Shown in pieces: positions 8,519 to 17,583 of a DNA stretch of 37,255 nt. The stretch is from a virus (taxonomy: Duplodnaviria; Caudoviricetes): positions 1 to 37,255 of the IMG/VR virus record IMGVR_UViG_3300044982_000048; one strand, given 5' to 3'. The notes below the pieces were generated by a model. That model had not been told where the DNA came from. It saw only the letters and a list, made by a program, of their open reading frames with translations, and ran no database searches. Each line of letters opens with the position of its first letter. Positions within the stretch are counted from its first letter, which is position 1. Position numbers and translations under genes: made by a program.

Positions 8519-9679
8519 ATGGCATTACAATTACCTGATTTCCCATATCTTACAAATGAACAAGCTTTTCCGTTTGGTGCTGGTTTAAAGCAAGGCTCTG
8601 ATCTTGCACAGTCTATATTACAGAGTTATTTTTATCCTCAAAAAGCGAAAGCTGATATTGCTAAATCACAAGCTGATACTGCATCCGCTCAGGCAAATAC
8701 AAATAAGCTCAACAAAGAAACTGAATTTATACCATTAAAAAATTTAGTAGAAGCTTCTAATGCGCAAAGGCAAAACAGTAGATTTGGACAAGCTTATCAA
8801 CTACATAGCGCTTTAAATAGTATGGATGCATCTAGTCGTAATTTATGGATATCTCAGCATCCTGATGATTATAATCAGATGCTTACTACATTTGCCCAAC
8901 AAAGTAATATACAAAAATCTGATCCATTACAAGCAGCTATTCAGAAATATTTTCCACAGTTTATGAATAATTCTCAACAAAATAATTCTTCTATTTCTCA
9001 ATTAGGACAAGAACATCAACCTCAAAATAATATTCCTACTCTTAATTCAGGACAACAAGCACAATCTAATCAACCAACAGATATTCCAAATGAACAGCCA
9101 AAACTTCTTGATGATACAGAAAAACTTAAAAATAGTTTGGAACATCAATCTAACAGAAAAGCTGTTACAACACAAATGAACGCTAGAGCTGATGCAGCAG
9201 TAGGATTTGAAAGTTGGTTAGGAACAAATAAAGATAAATATAATCAATCATTAAAAACTATAAATAAATATTCTGGAAGAATAGGAAATGCAAAAAAATG
9301 GTTGGATGCAAATTCCTATGAAACACCAGAAGATTATGAAAATGTAAAATGGTTTGAAACATCATTTATTCCTAACTTAGCTAATCAAGTTAAAATGATG
9401 GAAAAATTATCATCAAGTGATACACAGAGAGAGGAATTACATAGTCTAGCTGATGCATTAACAAGTAAAGATTTAGATCCAAAATCTGCTGTAAAAGTAT
9501 TTAATAGGCAGATTTCAACTTTACAAGATGTTTCAGATTCAATAATTTCTGCTGCCGAGCCAAATGTAAAAGGTACTTATAGAAAACAATTTGGCCTTAA
9601 AAGATTAACTGGTGGTTATATAAAACGTGACGTGAGAGATCTTTCTGATGATGAATTAAGGAAAATAGCTAATGGATAA
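8519..9679 (+). CDS. Ejection protein (gp20 position)
   Basis: Helical, Gln/Asn-rich; synteny only. Confidence 0.6.
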   Translation: MALQLPDFPYLTNEQAFPFGAGLKQGSDLAQSILQSYFYPQKAKADIAKSQADTASAQANTNKLNKETEFIPLKNLVEASNAQRQNSRFGQAYQLHSALNSMDASSRNLWISQHPDDYNQMLTTFAQQSNIQKSDPLQAAIQKYFPQFMNNSQQNNSSISQLGQEHQPQNNIPTLNSGQQAQSNQPTDIPNEQPKLLDDTEKLKNSLEHQSNRKAVTTQMNARADAAVGFESWLGTNKDKYNQSLKTINKYSGRIGNAKKWLDANSYETPEDYENVKWFETSFIPNLANQVKMMEKLSSSDTQREELHSLADALTSKDLDPKSAVKVFNRQISTLQDVSDSIISAAEPNVKGTYRKQFGLKRLTGGYIKRDVRDLSDDELRKIANG

Positions 9680-11411
9680 TATTACTGATGCAGAAGAAAT
9701 TACTCCTGAAATGGCTAGAAAAGAATTAGAAAGAAGAAAAGTAATATTATCTAATAAAGAAACAAAGTCTAGTGATGAACAAAAATTAAAACATGACGAA
9801 CAATTAAAAAGATTAAGAGTTAACTTTGGTATTGATAGAAATCCAATATCAAATATACAAGATCTTGGTGCGGGATTAATGAGAGGTTCACAAAATATTG
9901 CAGCTCTATTAGGTGAAGGTGGGCAACAATTAGCTAGTCTTTTGACTGGAGGAAATGCGCCTAAAGTTAATATTAGAGAAGAATTAGGTTTGACAGACAA
10001 AAATCCGGTAGACTTAAGCAGCGTATTATCATCAAAAAATCCTAATCAGGCACTAGTCACATCCGGCCAGTATGCACCTGCAATGTTATCTGGTGGCACT
10101 TCATTACCTGGTCAAGCAGCATCTATGGGTTTATATAGTGCAACGCAAGTTCCTGAAGGAGAAAGATTAAAAGAGGCATTAAAAAATTCAACCCTCACAT
10201 ATGCTGGGGGAAAAGTCATGCAAGCAATACCAGGAGTTTTTAATCTCGCAAAAAAAGTGATTGATTGGTTACGTCCTGGAAAGGCATCAGAAGAATTTTT
10301 AAGACATTTATTAAGTGTTCCCAAAAACGAATCATTACCAACAGATATTGAAAATATTAAAGAACTAAGTAAAAGGATGTCTTTTGCCAGAAATAGCGCG
10401 GAAGGCGAAGCTCTAATACCGAAAGAAGAATTAATGTCTACAGAAGGCAAAACAAGTATATTCCCATCTCAAAAACGTGGAAATGAATTGAGTGATGAAA
10501 TATCAAAGATATTATCTAATAAACCAGGTGAAATAGCTCCTGAAGATATGAGTGTATTGCAGAAAACTATAAAAAGTTATTTTAACACAGGTGAATTAGA
10601 TCCATTACATGATGTTGCTGCTGATATTTTGAATGTCGACGAATTACCACAATCTAAGATTAATAAAATAAATTCATTGTTAGAAATGGAACCCTTAAGA
10701 AATGGTAAATATTTAAATCTGAAAGACGTTGATAAAAACTATAAAACATTAGGGTTAGATGAAGCTCATAACCGTTTTAAAGAAAATCCTACTTTTAAAA
10801 ATTCTGATGAACTAAAAAAATTGATTGGCAGAGAAAAAAGAAGAATAGAAGACAGGATTTCTAGGAATCCAACATCTTCCGATGAAATTAAATTAAGAAG
10901 ATTAGAAAGGAATGAACGTACTTTATTATCAGATCAGGAGAGATTCTTTGAAACTTTATCGCCAGAAAAGCAAGAATTATACAGACATTTTAGAACAAAA
11001 TGGGCAGAAAATATTCCCAAATATGTAAAATCTGGTAATACGATCAGATCATTATCTGAGGGAAATGCAGAAGGACTAAGTAGGTCTGAAATATCATCTT
11101 CATTTAAGGGAGAATTATCTAAACACATTGAAGATATATTGAAAGATATAGGTAGTAGTGGTGTAAATAACATTATTTATAATAAGTTACTTTTAGATAA
11201 TCCAAAAAATGCCAAAGCTCTGGCTGATGCAATTATTAGTTCTAGAAGAACAGGCGGGTATTATCGATACATAACTAAGGAACATGAAAGTTTTGCAAAT
11301 GAATTAATTAAAAGATTAAAGCATCAAACTGCGGCTAAATATATTGTCGGTGCGCTAGGAGGGGGAATAATAGGCGGAACTGGATATGAAATTGGTAAAA
11401 GATTAATATAA
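9672..11411 (+). CDS. Ejection protein (gp16 position)
   Basis: 579 aa helical protein with a Gly-rich hydrophobic C-terminus; synteny only. Confidence 0.6.
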   Translation: MDNITDAEEITPEMARKELERRKVILSNKETKSSDEQKLKHDEQLKRLRVNFGIDRNPISNIQDLGAGLMRGSQNIAALLGEGGQQLASLLTGGNAPKVNIREELGLTDKNPVDLSSVLSSKNPNQALVTSGQYAPAMLSGGTSLPGQAASMGLYSATQVPEGERLKEALKNSTLTYAGGKVMQAIPGVFNLAKKVIDWLRPGKASEEFLRHLLSVPKNESLPTDIENIKELSKRMSFARNSAEGEALIPKEELMSTEGKTSIFPSQKRGNELSDEISKILSNKPGEIAPEDMSVLQKTIKSYFNTGELDPLHDVAADILNVDELPQSKINKINSLLEMEPLRNGKYLNLKDVDKNYKTLGLDEAHNRFKENPTFKNSDELKKLIGREKRRIEDRISRNPTSSDEIKLRRLERNERTLLSDQERFFETLSPEKQELYRHFRTKWAENIPKYVKSGNTIRSLSEGNAEGLSRSEISSSFKGELSKHIEDILKDIGSSGVNNIIYNKLLLDNPKNAKALADAIISSRRTGGYYRYITKEHESFANELIKRLKHQTAAKYIVGALGGGIIGGTGYEIGKRLI

Positions 11412-11453
11412 TTTTCACATAATGTGATATTACAGTTAAAAGGAAGCCAAGGA

Positions 11454-13376
11454 ATGGCGATAAATACAAGTTTACTGATCTGTGCGGCAATTTTGCAAGA
11501 TACATTTGTTGATAATGCAACAGATGTAGCAATGTCAGCAGGTGTGATTACATGCTACCAGGATAATAGTCGAACAGTATTGAAGAATTGGTATTATCAA
11601 ACAGGTAGTCCAGGAAATTATACTTATCTACCATTGCCTAATCCTTTGACATTGAGTGCAGCAGGAACAATCACTGATGCTAATGGGAATGACACTATTC
11701 CGTTTTGGTATCCTTATAGCGAAACAGATAATGTCACGCCTCAGCCTTATTATGTGACTGTTGTAGATCAAAATGGCCAAGCACAATTTACTCGTCAAAA
11801 TTTCCCATTTGTAGCTTCTACTCCAACAAGTTCAGAAGTAGCAACGCTCGATAATTACGTAATTAATAATCGATTTTGGAGAAATATAGGAACACTAAAT
11901 GCTGAAACATTGACAACTGATTCATCTACAGGATTATTGAGTTCAATATTATGTCCTGCTCAGCATGATGGTTTTAGCATGCATGATTTTCAGTACATTA
12001 AAAATATAAATGGTGCTACTGAAACGATAACATTTGAAAAGTTTGCGCTAGGTAGTAATGAATTAACTGATGATATCACTCCTGAATATTATATTAACCA
12101 TACTTGCACAAGTGTACAATCTGGTGAAACAGCTAAATATTATCAGATGCCATTATCATTGCATGTTAAAACGTTAGAACTTGAGCCTGCAGTATTTACC
12201 ATTCAAGCGCAAAATGTAACTGGCAATAACATGATAACAATCTCACTTCTGCAATTTTTAGGAACAGGCGTAACTTCACCATCTCCTATCGTGTTAAAAA
12301 CAATTTCATTAAATGCAGGCTGGCAAAAATATACTGTACAATTTACATTTCCCTCCGCTGGAGGAGCAACACTTGGAACTGGCGAAGATGATGCATGGTA
12401 CATACAGATTGGAATGCCTACAGGTGCAGAATTTGAAACTAACTTTACATTACCATCATTATATTTGAGTGCAGATTTACCAAACGTTCCTACGAATAGC
12501 TTTGAAACATATGATCAAGTTGATTCAATCATAAATACTCCTCGAACAGGTGATATTAGAACATCATTAAATGCATTCTATTATTTTGGTTGGGTTCCAA
12601 TGAATGATGGGACAATAGGTAATGCATCGTCAAATGCGAATGCGAGAGCAAATGCAGATACATGGCCTTTATTTAATTTGATATGGCAGAAATTTAATTC
12701 TTATACATCAGGTAGTTCTAATGTTCTAGCGCAAATGGTTAATAGTTCTGGATCACCTGTTGCTTATGGCTCATCTGCAATTTCAGACTTCAATGCTAAC
12801 AATGCACTTGCTTTAACACAAACTATGGGTCAGGTATTGCTAGGCACAGTTCCAATAAGTGCTTTAACGGTTGGTTATAGTAATACCTTTACTGCAACAA
12901 ATACGGCTGGAACATTAACATTAATATCTACGAGTAATCTTTCACCATCAGTGTTTGTTGGAATGCCAATTACTTTTTCGAATTCAGGTGGTGCATTACC
13001 GACAGGATTAGCTTCTAATGCTGTTTATTATGTTGGTCAATTTAATGGAACAACTGATCTTTACATATCAACGACATTTGGAAATGCAATAGCAGGTGTA
13101 TTTATTGCTTATACGAATGCTGGAAGTGGAACAAATACACTTTATTTAACAATTGCAAATAGCCAGGAAGGTGAATCTGCTCATACATTATCGAGATCGC
13201 AATTACCTGATCCGATTACTGAAACAGCTTTGATTGCAGGTGTAGGAGGTGGTTCTACGGATGTAATTCAAAGTTCAGCAACACATGGTAGTGGTATAGT
13301 AAGCAATAATGGTGGTGGAAATCCGTTTAATGTCACGCAGCCAGGAACATTTATTAATTTATTCATGAAACTTTGA
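11454..13376 (+). CDS. Tail spike/fibre baseplate-like protein
   Basis: N-terminal head-binding-like region (LPNPLTLSAAG), collar-like TGDIR...GWVPMNDGTIG motif, and typical GESAHTL...PFNVTQP...FMKL end. ATG 11454 chosen by RBS. Confidence 0.75.
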   Translation: MAINTSLLICAAILQDTFVDNATDVAMSAGVITCYQDNSRTVLKNWYYQTGSPGNYTYLPLPNPLTLSAAGTITDANGNDTIPFWYPYSETDNVTPQPYYVTVVDQNGQAQFTRQNFPFVASTPTSSEVATLDNYVINNRFWRNIGTLNAETLTTDSSTGLLSSILCPAQHDGFSMHDFQYIKNINGATETITFEKFALGSNELTDDITPEYYINHTCTSVQSGETAKYYQMPLSLHVKTLELEPAVFTIQAQNVTGNNMITISLLQFLGTGVTSPSPIVLKTISLNAGWQKYTVQFTFPSAGGATLGTGEDDAWYIQIGMPTGAEFETNFTLPSLYLSADLPNVPTNSFETYDQVDSIINTPRTGDIRTSLNAFYYFGWVPMNDGTIGNASSNANARANADTWPLFNLIWQKFNSYTSGSSNVLAQMVNSSGSPVAYGSSAISDFNANNALALTQTMGQVLLGTVPISALTVGYSNTFTATNTAGTLTLISTSNLSPSVFVGMPITFSNSGGALPTGLASNAVYYVGQFNGTTDLYISTTFGNAIAGVFIAYTNAGSGTNTLYLTIANSQEGESAHTLSRSQLPDPITETALIAGVGGGSTDVIQSSATHGSGIVSNNGGGNPFNVTQPGTFINLFMKL

Positions 13377-13389
13377 TAAGGATATCAAC

Positions 13390-13743
13390 ATGTCAACAAT
13401 TTTAAATTTCGGACGAGATGCTCAAGGATTAAATGCATATGCACCTCCTCCATCAGTTGATAATTATAATGCAACAATTACTAATGGATCATCAACAAGC
13501 ATAACTGTACCTTCTAACTATCCGTTCTGGATAGTTGTATTTTCATTTCAACCAGGAACAAATGTTTGGGTTGATTTTAGCGGGGCAACAGCTGCTGTCC
13601 CTGGTGGGACAACATTAGCAGCTTGTACTGCTGTTCTAAATCCATCAGCAAGAGTTGTTGATGCCGGCACTAATATTAGCATTATTACGGATAATTCATC
13701 CGCAGATGTAGGGATATCATTCTATGCAGTCTCGAACTCATAA
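13390..13743 (+). CDS. Small virion protein
   Basis: 117 aa, beta-rich, AAGGA RBS, in the tail module. Confidence 0.7.
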   Translation: MSTILNFGRDAQGLNAYAPPPSVDNYNATITNGSSTSITVPSNYPFWIVVFSFQPGTNVWVDFSGATAAVPGGTTLAACTAVLNPSARVVDAGTNISIITDNSSADVGISFYAVSNS

Positions 13744-13903
13744 TTTTTTATTTGGGCCAAATTTTAATTTTTCATCTAATGCTTTATATACGCAGGACAA
13801 TGGAAATTATACGCCTGTATCTCCTCCTGTTACCGGAAACTTTTTATTACTAAATGGGTCTGATTTCCTTTTGCTTAATGGTGGAGATTTCTTACTTTTG
13901 TAA
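13724..13903 (+). CDS. 59-aa protein ending FLLLNGSDFLLLNGGDFLLL (candidate fibre adaptor), not in the ORF track
   Basis: ATG 13724 after TAGGGA, TAA at 13901-13903. It fills the gap between tail genes. Confidence 0.75.
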   Translation: MQSRTHNFLFGPNFNFSSNALYTQDNGNYTPVSPPVTGNFLLLNGSDFLLLNGGDFLLL

Positions 13904-13912
13904 AGGATTACA

Positions 13913-16021
13913 ATGTCTAAGAATATTGAACAAATATATTCAACAAATCCGATAACCAGCAATAATCCTGCTGATTTGATGTATTTTGGTCAATCTCCTT
14001 ATGGTCCCAGTAATGATGCTGCGATGACTTTCACTAACTTTGCAGCTCAATTCGCATCGCCTATTACTCCATCAGCACTAACAGAAGTTAATGATACGAA
14101 TGTCACGCTTACACTTGGAGGAACACCATCTACTGCGTTACTTGAAGCCGTATCTTTAACACTTGGATGGTCAGGAACACTATCTCCTACGCGAGGAGGC
14201 ACTGGAATCAATAATGGCACAAGTACAATTAGTGTTGGCGGAAATTTCCAAATGTCTGGTGGATATACTTTTGAAGGTATATTAACTGGCAATACAGATG
14301 TCACATATCCAACTTCCGGCACATTAGCAACGACATCGCAACTTCCTGTCGCTGCCGCATTAACTGCTAGTAATGATACCAATGTGACCTTAACTTTGGG
14401 AGGAACACCCAGCACAGCTTTATTAGAAGCAACCTCTATCACAGCAGGCTGGACAGGGACTTTATCCCCTGCGCGAGGTGGTACCGGAGTTAATAATGGA
14501 TCAAGTACTATAACGATTGGTGCCAATTTCTTAATGTCGGGCGCTTATACTTTCGAAGGCGTTTTGACTGCTAATACCGATGTTACTTTTCCAACATCAG
14601 GAACCCTTGCAACAACCTCACAGTTACCAACTGGAGCTGCATTAACAGAAGTTAACGACACAAATGTGACATTAACATTGGGTGGAACGCCATCTACTGC
14701 ATTGCTACAAGCGACTTCTATCACAGCAGGCTGGACAGGCGTACTCAGTTTAGCAAGAGGAGGGACTAACAATGGGAGCATTTCTCCTTCTAGTGGTGGT
14801 ATTGTATATTCGACATCTTCAGCGCTTGCACTCCTAGCTGCAACGGCAACTGCTAATCAAGTGTTACTATCAGGGGCATCGACAACACCTGCTTGGTCTT
14901 CAGCAACTTATCCAGCTACAACGACTATTAATCAAATACTTTACTCAAGTTCAGCGAACGTCATCGGTGGAATATCAGCGGTTAATAGCGCTGTTATGAT
15001 TTCTAGTTCGGGCGGTGTCCCGAGTTTCAGCACTACTTTACCGTCTGGACTGAGCATTCCAGGATATCAGACGACGATCACACCAGCGGCTTTGACAGAA
15101 GCTAATGATACAAATGTTACGCTTACTTTAAGTGGTACGCCTTCGACAGCTCTTTTACAAGCCGTGGAGATTACTGCTGGATGGTCAGGAACACTCAGTT
15201 TAGCAAGAGGAGGAACGGCTGCTGGTCTAACAGCATCTGCCGGATCAATTGCTTATTCATCAGCAAGTGCAATTGCATTGACTGCAGCAGGAACTTCTGG
15301 ACAGTTATTAGCATCCGCAGGAACAGGGGAACCCGTTTGGACGACGAATACTTATCCTTCGACGGATTCAAAAGGTGATTTGCTTTATGCAAGTGCAGCA
15401 AACACGATTGGAGGACTTGGAATTGGTAGTACTGGAAATATATTAACTATAGCAAGTGGTTTACCGGCTTGGACAACGGCTACTTATCCATCCACCACGA
15501 CAATAAATCAAATACTCTATTCAAGTGCTGCAAGTGTAGTAGGCGGCATAACAACTGCCGATTCGAGCGTTTTACTCACGAATAGTTCAGGTGTTCCTGC
15601 ATGGGCCTCTACAATTGCAGCAGCCAATTTAATCGCTTTGGGTAATAGTGGTGTCAGTGCTATCAAATCAACTACCTTCTCATTAGCTAGTGCAACGAAT
15701 AGTACAGCAACAATCAGCAGCATCGGATTTACTCCATCGCTTTGTATTGTTTTTGCTAATGTGAATGATGCAGCAGCCACGTCATGGGGAATGGATAATG
15801 GTACGCAATCATTTTGTATTTTCAATAATGGCGGGGCTTCAAGCGGCGAATTTGGAAATTATAGTGCTGGAAGTATAGTCGCTGTAACAGGAGCAAGCGC
15901 AGAACAAGTCAGTGGATCAGTTGTATTTAGTTCAAGCTCAAGCGGTGAAGCAACATGGACATTCAGTAAGACAGGATCGCCAACAGGAACATTAACGATC
16001 ATAGCATTATTTTTTAAATAA
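13913..16021 (+). CDS. Tail fibre 1 with internal repeats
   Basis: 702 aa, Thr/Ser/Gly-rich, four ALT.xNDTNVTLTL.GTPSTALL...GW.G.LS..RGGT modules. Confidence 0.85.
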   Translation: MSKNIEQIYSTNPITSNNPADLMYFGQSPYGPSNDAAMTFTNFAAQFASPITPSALTEVNDTNVTLTLGGTPSTALLEAVSLTLGWSGTLSPTRGGTGINNGTSTISVGGNFQMSGGYTFEGILTGNTDVTYPTSGTLATTSQLPVAAALTASNDTNVTLTLGGTPSTALLEATSITAGWTGTLSPARGGTGVNNGSSTITIGANFLMSGAYTFEGVLTANTDVTFPTSGTLATTSQLPTGAALTEVNDTNVTLTLGGTPSTALLQATSITAGWTGVLSLARGGTNNGSISPSSGGIVYSTSSALALLAATATANQVLLSGASTTPAWSSATYPATTTINQILYSSSANVIGGISAVNSAVMISSSGGVPSFSTTLPSGLSIPGYQTTITPAALTEANDTNVTLTLSGTPSTALLQAVEITAGWSGTLSLARGGTAAGLTASAGSIAYSSASAIALTAAGTSGQLLASAGTGEPVWTTNTYPSTDSKGDLLYASAANTIGGLGIGSTGNILTIASGLPAWTTATYPSTTTINQILYSSAASVVGGITTADSSVLLTNSSGVPAWASTIAAANLIALGNSGVSAIKSTTFSLASATNSTATISSIGFTPSLCIVFANVNDAAATSWGMDNGTQSFCIFNNGGASSGEFGNYSAGSIVAVTGASAEQVSGSVVFSSSSSGEATWTFSKTGSPTGTLTIIALFFK

Positions 16022-16044
16022 TCAGGATTAACAAGGAAGTTAAT

Positions 16045-17559
16045 ATGGCAAATTTAAACATCGAACAAATATTCATGGCTAATCCGATCACATCTAATAA
16101 TGCTGCGGATCTTATGTACTTCGGACAATCGCCTTACGAATCGGGTAATGATGCCGCAATGACCTATGAGAATTTCAAGGCCCAATTCGGAACACCCTAT
16201 ACAGCATCTGCTCTTACTTCTGCAAATGATACGAATGTGACGTTAACCTTGAGCGGAACTCCTGCGACGTCATTGCTTCATGCAGTCGAAATCACTGCTG
16301 GTTGGAGTGGAACATTGAGTCTAGCACGTGGAGGGCTTGCAGCTAATTTAACTGCAAGTGATGGAGGCATATTCTATTCAACAGCATCATCTGGGGCAAT
16401 ACTGGCAGGTACTGCAACTGCAAGACAGCTTCTATTATCAGGATCATCAACAACACCTGCTTGGTCAACTTGTACATTTCCAGCGACAACAACGATCAAT
16501 CAAATTTTGTATTCAAGCTCTGCAAATACAATTGCAGGAATTGCAAGCATAGATAGTGCTGTTCTTGCAACGAATGGTTCAGGAGTGCCTGCATTTACTA
16601 CTAGTTTGCCAACTGCTGTGCAGGTTGGAGTAGATAGTTTAAATAGCGGCACGGGCGCATCATCTTCCACATTTTGGCGAGGTGATGGTACATGGGCGAC
16701 GGCTGGAGGCGGCGGTTCTGCAGTATGGAGCGTAGGTACTGGAACGGATTCTGGAATTGGTGGTGATGGAACATCGGCAGCGGCCGGCAATTATGCCCTA
16801 GCTTATGGAAATACAGCCCCTGAAAGTATAGGAACCGAAGCATTTGGGAACAATTCATTCGCGTTTGGAAGTAGTTGCGCAACAAGTGATGCATATTCAT
16901 TCGCTTTTGGTAACGAATCTGGAACTATTCAAGCTTATACATTCGCTTTTGGAAATGGTGCTTCTGCAAATGCTGGATATAGTTTCGCATTCGGATTTGA
17001 CGCTGAATCAGGAGGAGATGGTTCATTTTCTTTTGGTGTAGACACAAGTTCAGCAGGTGATTATTCAGTTGCAATGGGTCAATCCGCCGTCGTCAATAAT
17101 GATTACTCCTATGTTTTCGATCCTGCCAGCTTATTAAATCAAGATACTGCAGAAAATCAATGGGTGGGGAATTTCGCAGGTGGTTTTTACATTTACATGG
17201 CTGCATCTGGAGTTTTGTCATTTAATGTCGATACAAGTGGCAATGTCACAAACAACATGGGTGAAGCAGATGCTTCCTTTGTAGTATTGACTCCAAGTTC
17301 TAGCGGAACGATAGATTTAGCGACTACTCATCGACGGACTGTGCTAAATCCATCCGGAGCGATAGCTGGACCAACAATAGTCATGCCTGCAAGTCCTGTA
17401 AATGGACAATTACAAACTGTTTCCACAAGCGAACCTATCACGGGAATTTCTTACAACGCAAATGGTAATTCTTATAAAGGTCTCCCGACTTCATTGGTAG
17501 CCGGACAATCTTTCACAATGATTTTTGATGCTACAGCGTCATATTGGTATCCAGCATAA
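16045..17559 (+). CDS. Tail fibre 2 with YadA/Hep-Hag-like head repeats
   Basis: N-terminus homologous to fibre 1. 14-residue (S/T)FAFG repeats. Confidence 0.82.
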   Translation: MANLNIEQIFMANPITSNNAADLMYFGQSPYESGNDAAMTYENFKAQFGTPYTASALTSANDTNVTLTLSGTPATSLLHAVEITAGWSGTLSLARGGLAANLTASDGGIFYSTASSGAILAGTATARQLLLSGSSTTPAWSTCTFPATTTINQILYSSSANTIAGIASIDSAVLATNGSGVPAFTTSLPTAVQVGVDSLNSGTGASSSTFWRGDGTWATAGGGGSAVWSVGTGTDSGIGGDGTSAAAGNYALAYGNTAPESIGTEAFGNNSFAFGSSCATSDAYSFAFGNESGTIQAYTFAFGNGASANAGYSFAFGFDAESGGDGSFSFGVDTSSAGDYSVAMGQSAVVNNDYSYVFDPASLLNQDTAENQWVGNFAGGFYIYMAASGVLSFNVDTSGNVTNNMGEADASFVVLTPSSSGTIDLATTHRRTVLNPSGAIAGPTIVMPASPVNGQLQTVSTSEPITGISYNANGNSYKGLPTSLVAGQSFTMIFDATASYWYPA

Positions 17560-17583
17560 AATAAATTAATAAGGAAGTTATTT

